Source of the DNA: a virus | Taxonomy: Duplodnaviria > Caudoviricetes | Length of the DNA: 36,538 nucleotides | Virus record (IMG/VR): IMGVR_UViG_3300020151_000364 | Span: 1-36,538 of that record | Direction: 5' to 3' (one strand) | In this document: piece after piece, positions 17,257 to 24,504 of the stretch | How positions within the stretch are numbered: the first letter of the stretch is position 1 | Layout: every line of letters starts with the position of its first letter | Position numbers and translations under genes: made by a program | The notes under the pieces: model-generated | The model's database searches: none | Told to the model about the DNA's origin: nothing | The model's input: only the letters and a program-made list of their open reading frames with translations

Positions 17257-18663
17257 ATGGCCTTATCAACCACCAACTCTTCTGGTGTGACTTGGGGTGC
17301 TTGGGACTATACAGGTGGCAATACTACGCAAGGAATGCGTGTTGGTATTGAGTATGAATGGGAGGCTGTTGCATATAACAGTACGTCAGTAAACCTACGG
17401 GCACATATCTGGACACAAAACATGTTCAGAATGAATGACACTCAAACATTAACTATGACAGGGTTTGAAAATGCGGCAGAAAATGCAGCAACAAACTATC
17501 TAAACAACTCAGGTTCAGACAGCACATACCCTGATGCCCCTAAATACAGACTTGCAAGATATTACAACTACGTCTACTCAAACCCTCCAAGCGCAAATGC
17601 TTACAGAACTAACACTTCTACACGCACAATTAGTGCATCAGTTAGTAATGTTGATGCTGCTTCAGGTATTGCACCTAGCGTAACTATTAGTAATATTGCT
17701 GTACCTGCCCGTCCAGGTATAGCACCAACTGCTCCAGGTGCTTCATCTACTCCTGGTGATGGTTCTGTAAGTATTAGTTATAGTGCTCCTGCTGCCACCA
17801 ACCCCCCTGCTACCCCTGCTATAACTGGGTATGAATATTCAAGTAATAATATTGACGGTTGGACTGCAACACCTTCTAACCCTTTTTCAATTACTAACTT
17901 AACAAACGGAACAGGTTATACATACTATGTTCGTTCAACTAATGTGTACTACCAAAGCGGTGGAACTGCTGCAACTAGCACTCCATTTGGCCCACCTAGT
18001 GCCCCAACAAACATTTCGTCTAGTCCTAACAATGGCTCAATAACTGTAAGTTTTGGTGCTCCAACTAGTACTAACGGAAAGGCTATAACTTACTATCAGT
18101 ACTCAACCAATAATGTCAATTTTACACAATTATTTTCTAACCCATTTGATGTTCCTGGAACTAATGGAACAGCATTAACAGTTTATGTTCGTGCTGGAAA
18201 TGGTGATACCGTTGGTACTAGCGCAGGTTCTTCAGTAAGTACAACTAGTACTCCTAGAACAGTACCTAGCGCTCCAACGTCTTTTTCAGCAAATGCTGCA
18301 ACGTTGGGCCAAATTACCCTAAGTTGGGCGGCACCTTCATCTAATGGTGGTAGTGGTGTTTCATCTTATGTACTACGCACTGGAGGAACCGTCCTTCAAA
18401 ACACTTCTGCAACGTCCTACACCCATACGGGATTATCCCCAAATACTACATACTCATATACCGTTACTGCGGTTAATGCCGCTGGAGAAGGTGCGGCTTC
18501 TTCTATCTCTGCTACCACTATCGGTGGTCGTGTCAAAATTTGGGATGGTTCTTCCTGGGTCACCATTTTTCCTCAAGTCTGGGTTGAGTCTGGTGGAGTT
18601 GGTTCGTGGGTTACTGCTCAGGCACGTGTTTGGAATGGTACAGAATGGAAATTCGGTCTCTAG
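17257..18663 (+). CDS. FN3-repeat virion protein
   Basis: Three FN3-like units (e.g. PSAPTSFSA...LSWAAPSSNGGSGVSSY...GLSPNTTYSYTVTAVNAAGEG); C-terminal VKIWDGSSW/RVWNGTEW repeats. Confidence 0.8.
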   Translation: MALSTTNSSGVTWGAWDYTGGNTTQGMRVGIEYEWEAVAYNSTSVNLRAHIWTQNMFRMNDTQTLTMTGFENAAENAATNYLNNSGSDSTYPDAPKYRLARYYNYVYSNPPSANAYRTNTSTRTISASVSNVDAASGIAPSVTISNIAVPARPGIAPTAPGASSTPGDGSVSISYSAPAATNPPATPAITGYEYSSNNIDGWTATPSNPFSITNLTNGTGYTYYVRSTNVYYQSGGTAATSTPFGPPSAPTNISSSPNNGSITVSFGAPTSTNGKAITYYQYSTNNVNFTQLFSNPFDVPGTNGTALTVYVRAGNGDTVGTSAGSSVSTTSTPRTVPSAPTSFSANAATLGQITLSWAAPSSNGGSGVSSYVLRTGGTVLQNTSATSYTHTGLSPNTTYSYTVTAVNAAGEGAASSISATTIGGRVKIWDGSSWVTIFPQVWVESGGVGSWVTAQARVWNGTEWKFGL

Positions 18664-18670
18664 TATCATT
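18661..18670 (+). promoter_or_regulatory. TAGTATCATT motif, copy 2
   Basis: Exact 10-mer overlapping the upstream TAG stop, ahead of the AGGAG RBS of the 18688 ORF. Confidence 0.45.
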
Positions 18671-18687
18671 ATTAGGAGAGGATTCTG

Positions 18688-18846
18688 ATGTCTGAAATAG
18701 AGCGCCCAATTTCCATACCTTCGGGTTCTGTAACGGACATTACACGTGTTCGTGGAATTATGACTCACCGTTACCGTGAAACTCAACCGCAGGTGAACCA
18801 ACCTACTCAAGACACTATCCCAGGCATCGGTTCAGGAGACCAGTAA
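18688..18846 (+). CDS. Small hypothetical protein (52 aa, not in ORF track)
   Basis: AGGAGAGG RBS; MSEIERPISIPSGSVTDITRVRGIMTHRYRETQPQVNQPTQDTIPGIGSGDQ; fills the gap between neighbours. Confidence 0.7.
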   Translation: MSEIERPISIPSGSVTDITRVRGIMTHRYRETQPQVNQPTQDTIPGIGSGDQ

Positions 18847-18854
18847 AATATATT

Positions 18855-19658
18855 ATGGCTACTTTAACCCCACTTGAACACACAATGCAGTTGGCACGTA
18901 CGTACCTTCGTGATTTCCCTAAATTCTTCCAAGTGTCCTTTGATGCTGTTGGTCGTACTTATGAGTTAGGACAAACTAATGTTGACAGTAGTACTTTGTG
19001 GATTGCTAGCACTACTGGTGCCAGCGCAACTGAACTAACCACTAGCCAGTACAGCATTGACAACCGTAACGGTATATTACGTTTAGCATCTACCCCAGCA
19101 GCCAATACTAAAATTATGATTGAAGGGTATTACTATGAGTGGATTCTTCCTGAAGACCTTCAGTTTTACTCAGAACGCTCTATCAACTTCCACACCCCCA
19201 CCATCAGTGTTCCACTAGAGCAGGCTAACGCCGCTGTGTTGGACGTAGTGGGTCTAGGAGCGCTTGTGGAGGCTCTACAGGCTCTTATGACAGAATATGC
19301 CCGTGACATTGACATCATGACCTCAGAGTCCGTACACATCCCTGCAAGTGCTCGTTTCCGTATGCTCCAAAGCCTCTGCCAGCAGTGGGAAGTTGAGTAC
19401 CGTAAACATGCCAATAACCTCAACATTGGTCCTGAGCGTATTGAACAGTTCAGCCTTCGCCGTGTATCTCGTACTACGAACCGTTACGTGCCTTTGTTTA
19501 AAGCCAAGGAATTGGGCGACTATGGTCCAATTGAGAGAATCTTTGCTGATGATACTGAAGGTCATATCTTGGTTACTGCTAAAGATGAGCCGTTGCGTGA
19601 GGATGTCTTTATTGACATGGACCCCCCATCTGGATACGTGTCTAATACCTTTATCTAA
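18855..19658 (+). CDS. Putative head-tail adaptor/neck protein
   Basis: Position between head and tail genes; helical domain with an inserted beta domain (YSIDNRNGILRL...P). Function is from synteny. Confidence 0.55.
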   Translation: MATLTPLEHTMQLARTYLRDFPKFFQVSFDAVGRTYELGQTNVDSSTLWIASTTGASATELTTSQYSIDNRNGILRLASTPAANTKIMIEGYYYEWILPEDLQFYSERSINFHTPTISVPLEQANAAVLDVVGLGALVEALQALMTEYARDIDIMTSESVHIPASARFRMLQSLCQQWEVEYRKHANNLNIGPERIEQFSLRRVSRTTNRYVPLFKAKELGDYGPIERIFADDTEGHILVTAKDEPLREDVFIDMDPPSGYVSNTFI

Positions 19659-20194
19659 TGGACGTACGTAGAGAACTAGCCCATATTCGGAAGAATTACC
19701 GTGCGTACCACCGTGCGGTTGGTGAAACAATAACGTGGTTTGAGTATCAACCATTTGCCGCATCTGCTAGTGCAGGCTCTACATACGATGACGTCTACGA
19801 TGAGGGCGGCTCTGGTGTATCTGGTCGTAAATATAAAACTGGTGTTGTAGTCCCTGTCTTGATGGTTACAGAGGCTGAAGACACCAAACGTGCTATTCCT
19901 GAAGGTCGCCAACCCGTTCAAATTGTTAACCTCGTGGCATCCGTAGAAGATTTCCGTGTTGCAGGTATCACGGACCCCTTTGAATACAAGCACCACCTTA
20001 ATGACGTGTTCCTCTATGACGGACGCTATATGTCCGTAATGTCCTACAAAGTTCGTGGACGTGCCAGAGATGACGTCCTTATTGTTGTTGAAGGTTTGGA
20101 AATCTATGTCAGTCAGGAAATGCCTTTTGACACAGGACCTGCTGCTTTTTCCACACAAAACCTACCTTGGCCTTCAAGGTTGTCTGGTACCTGA
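19658..20194 (+). CDS. Putative head closure/stopper protein
   Basis: TAATG-coupled; beta-rich; synteny. Confidence 0.5.
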   Translation: MDVRRELAHIRKNYRAYHRAVGETITWFEYQPFAASASAGSTYDDVYDEGGSGVSGRKYKTGVVVPVLMVTEAEDTKRAIPEGRQPVQIVNLVASVEDFRVAGITDPFEYKHHLNDVFLYDGRYMSVMSYKVRGRARDDVLIVVEGLEIYVSQEMPFDTGPAAFSTQNLPWPSRLSGT

Positions 20195-20208
20195 TAAAAT
20201 ATGTATAA

Positions 20209-20229
20209 CCCATACGGTGCTCGTATGGG
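20209..20229 (+). other. Intergenic hairpin
   Basis: cccatacg (20209-20216) / cgtatggg (20222-20229), 5-nt loop, no U-tract; just downstream of TAAAAT (20195-20200). Confidence 0.6.
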
Positions 20230-20259
20230 GGTCCAACGCCTAGAACTCGGGAGTGTGCC

Positions 20260-20685
20260 ATGACTGGCTCTTCTTTAACTCATTCTCCCAACAGTTCTGG
20301 TGGCATGATTACGGGTACGTTTGGTGCCGTTGAGTATGTGGATAACATGCTTCGTGAGTACGACAAAGTCCTAATGCAGATATTGCACGACAGTGCCGCT
20401 AAAGCGCAAACTGACCTCCGCAAGCAGGCAAGCCAATCAGATACTGGCTGGGCAGAAATTGCTGATTCTATCTCGGTTGAATACATGCATGATAACCGTC
20501 AGTTCTCTTACTCAATTACTGGTGATGAGGCTACCCAAGAGCAGGCAATGAACTTGGAATATGGCAATGGTCACCTTGCCCCAACCCCCCTTCTTCGGGG
20601 AAGCATCTTGCAACAGCAGGATAAACAAACAGAAGAAATAAACTCAAGATTGCGTGAAACCCTTATGAGTAACCGTAATGTCTAG
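20260..20685 (+). CDS. Putative neck/tail-completion protein (HK97 gp10-like position)
   Basis: GGGAG RBS; AMNLEYGNGHLAPTPLLR resembles the LEYGT...P.P.LR pattern. Confidence 0.55.
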   Translation: MTGSSLTHSPNSSGGMITGTFGAVEYVDNMLREYDKVLMQILHDSAAKAQTDLRKQASQSDTGWAEIADSISVEYMHDNRQFSYSITGDEATQEQAMNLEYGNGHLAPTPLLRGSILQQQDKQTEEINSRLRETLMSNRNV

Positions 20686-21349
20686 AACTGGGTTCCTACT
20701 TGCCGAGGATGAAGCCCTTAAACTGGCTTTGTCTAATCTTACTGTTTACGATGACCGTGACCAATCCCGTGACGTACAAGTGTTCTTCCGCTACCCAGAA
20801 ATAGAAACCGAACGTACGTACCCATTCATTACTATTGAAATGATTGACCTTGTACATGCTCGTAACCGTCAACATTCAGAAACTGAATTGGTTTACTTTA
20901 ATACTGCTGGAGGGGCTAGTGCTCCTGTGGGGTGGGACAAGCGTCCTAATGCCTTAACTTACTGGCCTAGCGAATCCCCCAACTTTTCTAATTTTACAAA
21001 TAAAAATCAATTTCAAGTTTTACAGACCAATGAATTCATACCCGTTGACCTTGTTTATCAGATTTCTACGTTTACTCGTACGGCCCTTCATGACCGTCAG
21101 TTAACGGCAACCCTTTTGCGGAAGGTATTTCCATTCCGTAAATCATCCATCAACATAGCGGCTGACGGTACTAACCGTCGTCTGGAATTGTTGGACTGGA
21201 CTACGGCTGACCTCCTTGACCCCGAGGCTGGTTATCGTAAGCGTATTTTTCGCAAAATCTACACGTTGCAGATGGGTGCTGAATTGACCTCATCTGATAT
21301 ATATGGCTCCAAGCAAGTTCAATCAGTTATTGCTAACATTGATTATTGA
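20678..21349 (+). CDS. Putative tail terminator/sheath-capping protein
   Basis: YPFITIEMID...PVDLVYQI; immediately upstream of the sheath gene. Confidence 0.6.
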   Translation: MSRTGFLLAEDEALKLALSNLTVYDDRDQSRDVQVFFRYPEIETERTYPFITIEMIDLVHARNRQHSETELVYFNTAGGASAPVGWDKRPNALTYWPSESPNFSNFTNKNQFQVLQTNEFIPVDLVYQISTFTRTALHDRQLTATLLRKVFPFRKSSINIAADGTNRRLELLDWTTADLLDPEAGYRKRIFRKIYTLQMGAELTSSDIYGSKQVQSVIANIDY

Positions 21350-21395
21350 TTTCCAAATGTCTTTTTCCGTCTACTTACCCCAATAGGAGTCACCC

Positions 21396-22907
21396 ATGGC
21401 CCAATACACAAACCCTGGCATCTACGTAACAGAGAGTCCTTTTGCGACTTCTACTACTACGGGACCAACTACAACAGCCGCCGCTTTTATCGGCACCGCC
21501 CAACGTGGTCCAACCACGCCCAAAGCAATTGATTCGTGGAATGCATACAAGTCCACTTTTGGTGATATTTCTAGTTCTTATGAATTGGGTTTTGCTGTTT
21601 ACCATTATTTTGCAAACGGTGGTCGTACTGCGTATGTATCACGTGTTCTTGGCGCAAGTTCTGCCCCAGCAACAGCAACTTTTGATGGAACACAAAACGG
21701 TGCAAGTGCAGGTACTACTGCGTTTGTTTTAGTAGCAGCAAACAATGGCGTTTGGGGAAACAACCTTACTGCTACTGTAAGCGCAGGACTTATTACAGGG
21801 TCCACTCCTACTTTTAACCTTGTTGTTAAAGATAACAACGTTGAAATTGAGCGTTGGTCTGAACTTAGTTTGTCTACTGATGATTCTCGTTTTATTTCAG
21901 CAGTTCTAAACAATTACTCAAATTACGTAAAAGTTAACTCTATTACTGCTTTTGGTTCGGCATACACAGTAACTGCTGGAACATATACTTTTGCAAGTGG
22001 TAGTGATGGTGTAGCACTAACAAGTGATGCTGCTCAAGGAACTCAAACCGCTTACGCAAGCGCCCTTAGTGGTTTTGATGTAATTAATGGTCAGTTGTTG
22101 TTTAACCTTGTTGGTAAAACAAACGCAACAATTATCAACAATGCAATTACATATGTTGAAGGACGTGGCAATTCATTCTTGATTATTGACCCATCTCCTA
22201 CAGTTGTTGAACCTGACACTATTGCAAGCACAGTTGCTGCATACACAACAACTTCATATGCGGCTGTGTATTACCCAATGTTGCAAATGTCTAACCCAGC
22301 CGCTTCTGGTACTGCGGCTCTTCGTAATACTTTTCCAGGTGGTGCACTTGCAGGGCTTTACACACGTGTTGATACTGAGCGTGGAGTTTACAAAGCGCCT
22401 GCTGGTTATGCCTATGAAGTACGTAATGCCTTTGGTTTAGTTACTTCATTTACTGAGGCGCAAGTTGGTGCGTTGTACTCACAGAACATCAACACATTTA
22501 AAACAGTTCCTGGTGCTGGTGTTGTGGTCAATGGTGCTCGTACACTTAAAAAGACAGATATCACAAAGTACATTCCTGTTCGCCGTAGCCTTAACTTTAT
22601 TAAAGCCAACGTTGACTCTATTACACAGTTTGCTGTGTTTGAGCCAAACGGTGAGCGTCTGTGGTCAGAACTTACAGCCAAGATTTCAAACTTCTTGTCT
22701 AGTTTCTGGGCAAGCGGTGGTCTTAAAGGACGTAGTGCGGCAGAAGCGTATTTCATTACTTGTGATGCTTCTAACAACACAAACACCACAATTGAACAAG
22801 GCGAAGTACGTGTTGAGATTGGTGTATCACTCCAGTCCCCAGCAGAATTCATTATCATCAATATCAGCCAATTTATTGGCGGTAACAACGTAAGAGAAAC
22901 CCTCTAA
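21396..22907 (+). CDS. Contractile tail sheath protein
   Basis: PGIYVTE, FIGTAQRGP, YFANGG, YYP, KAPAG, GARTL, YIPVRR, VFEPN, PAEFIII. Confidence 0.96.
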   Translation: MAQYTNPGIYVTESPFATSTTTGPTTTAAAFIGTAQRGPTTPKAIDSWNAYKSTFGDISSSYELGFAVYHYFANGGRTAYVSRVLGASSAPATATFDGTQNGASAGTTAFVLVAANNGVWGNNLTATVSAGLITGSTPTFNLVVKDNNVEIERWSELSLSTDDSRFISAVLNNYSNYVKVNSITAFGSAYTVTAGTYTFASGSDGVALTSDAAQGTQTAYASALSGFDVINGQLLFNLVGKTNATIINNAITYVEGRGNSFLIIDPSPTVVEPDTIASTVAAYTTTSYAAVYYPMLQMSNPAASGTAALRNTFPGGALAGLYTRVDTERGVYKAPAGYAYEVRNAFGLVTSFTEAQVGALYSQNINTFKTVPGAGVVVNGARTLKKTDITKYIPVRRSLNFIKANVDSITQFAVFEPNGERLWSELTAKISNFLSSFWASGGLKGRSAAEAYFITCDASNNTNTTIEQGEVRVEIGVSLQSPAEFIIINISQFIGGNNVRETL

Positions 22908-22917
22908 GGAGTAACTA

Positions 22918-23547
22918 ATGCCTATCGTTAGAACAGACCCAATCCGTAACTTTAAATTTGAAGTTCAGTTTTACCCACTAGGACAAAACGCCACTAACGG
23001 TCAGAACAACCCTAGTACCATTAACTTGGAACAGTATGCACCAGGAATCGGAAACATTGGCTTTGCCGCTATGTCAGGTCTCTCGGTTCGTAATGAGATG
23101 ATTCCATACCGTGAAGGTGGTATGAATACACACCCCCACAAGATGGTCGGACAAACTGACTTTGACCCTGTAACTTTCTCACGTGGAATCATTGAAGGTC
23201 AGGACCAACTGTGGAAGTGGCAACGCTTCATCCACAACTGGCAGTCAGGTGTTCCAGGTTCAACTGGTGGTTCAGACTACCGTTGTGACGTTGTAGTTAA
23301 GGTTTATGACCACCCACACTCCAATGCTTCATATAATGACAGCGTTGCAATTGGTTCAAAAACCACTTTCATTGGTACTCCAAAATTAGGTATCAAGTTG
23401 TTTAACTGCTGGCCTGGTGCTTATGCAATGGGTGGTTTAAATGCTGGTGACAACAACATTATGATTCAAGAAATGGTCCTTCATAACGAAGGATGGATTT
23501 TAGCGTGGACTCAAGCAGACATTGACGCTCTTCCATCAGCCAAATAA
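22918..23547 (+). CDS. Tail tube protein (T4 gp19-like)
   Basis: DPIRNFKF, GFAAMSGL, YREGG...HKMVG, VTFSRG, NCWP, LNAG. Confidence 0.93.
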   Translation: MPIVRTDPIRNFKFEVQFYPLGQNATNGQNNPSTINLEQYAPGIGNIGFAAMSGLSVRNEMIPYREGGMNTHPHKMVGQTDFDPVTFSRGIIEGQDQLWKWQRFIHNWQSGVPGSTGGSDYRCDVVVKVYDHPHSNASYNDSVAIGSKTTFIGTPKLGIKLFNCWPGAYAMGGLNAGDNNIMIQEMVLHNEGWILAWTQADIDALPSAK

Positions 23548-23571
23548 AACTTAAATAAAAAGGAATAAAAA

Positions 23572-24360
23572 ATGTCAAATACAAACGTTGCTAACTCAGT
23601 AATATCTGACCCCGCTCCACAAGTTAATGATGCCCCCATCACATCAGTTGAATTACTAAAAGGTTTGTTTAATTATGAAACAAACACATGGCAAACAACA
23701 GCAATTGTTCGTGAACTAACAGGTGAGGATGAAGAAGTTTTGGCTTCTTCATCTGCAAAAAAAGAATTGTCTTACGCCGAATACATGTCAGTCTTGTTAA
23801 CACGTGCTGTTGTGTCTATCGGTGATATTAGTATTCAGGACAATACATCTTTGGTAGACCAGTTAATGATTGGTGACCGTGACCTTCTATTTTTAGGTGC
23901 TATTAAAGCAACTTATGGACGGGTACGTGAACTAGAAGTTACTTGTGGTAGTTGTGAAGGTACAAACTTTGTTTCTTTACAACTTGATGAAGACTTTAAA
24001 GTCAATAACGCTTCTAAAGATATACACAAGCCAATGGAGGTTACCCTCAAGAATGGTTCAGTTGTAAAATTGAATTATCCAACAGGTGCTGACAGCCTTT
24101 ACGTTGCTAAAAAAGGTAAAACAACCGCAGAGCAAAACACGATTATGTTGGCCCGTTGTACCGTCTGGGACGGCGCAGATAGGCCACAAGACCTTGAGGT
24201 TTGGGCTAAAGCCCTTAACCTTGGTGATAGAAGCAAGTTGGTAAAGTCGCTAACCACTGACCCCCCAGGTCCAAAGATGGAAGAGGTGAAAACTCAGTGC
24301 GGCGTTTGCAATGAAGAACTAATCCTTCTTATGGACTGGGTCTCACTTTTATTCGGTTAA
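23572..24360 (+). CDS. Tail assembly chaperone / T4 gp26-like hub assembly protein
   Basis: VRELTGEDEE, GDRDLL...ATYG and two CxxC motifs; located between tube and tape measure. Confidence 0.75.
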   Translation: MSNTNVANSVISDPAPQVNDAPITSVELLKGLFNYETNTWQTTAIVRELTGEDEEVLASSSAKKELSYAEYMSVLLTRAVVSIGDISIQDNTSLVDQLMIGDRDLLFLGAIKATYGRVRELEVTCGSCEGTNFVSLQLDEDFKVNNASKDIHKPMEVTLKNGSVVKLNYPTGADSLYVAKKGKTTAEQNTIMLARCTVWDGADRPQDLEVWAKALNLGDRSKLVKSLTTDPPGPKMEEVKTQCGVCNEELILLMDWVSLLFG

Positions 24361-24502
24361 CCTTCAATCTACTTATTTGGAATACGAATCAATAGCCACT
24401 GTTTATCAGGGGTTTGGTCTAAATGACTTAAAACATATGACAGTACGTCAACGTGCCTTTTGGTACGGAATGGCTCGCTGGCGTAATTCAAATAGAGGAT
24501 AG
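24347..24502 (+). CDS. Probable frameshift extension of the tail chaperone (+1 frame, not in ORF track)
   Basis: The +1 frame is open from 24323 to 24502 (FYSVNLQSTYLEYESIATVYQGFGLNDLKHMTVRQRAFWYGMARWRNSNRG) and stops 2 nt before the tape measure ATG; no RBS-backed start. Confidence 0.65.
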   Translation, partial: FYSVNLQSTYLEYESIATVYQGFGLNDLKHMTVRQRAFWYGMARWRNSNRG

Positions 24503-24504
24503 TA

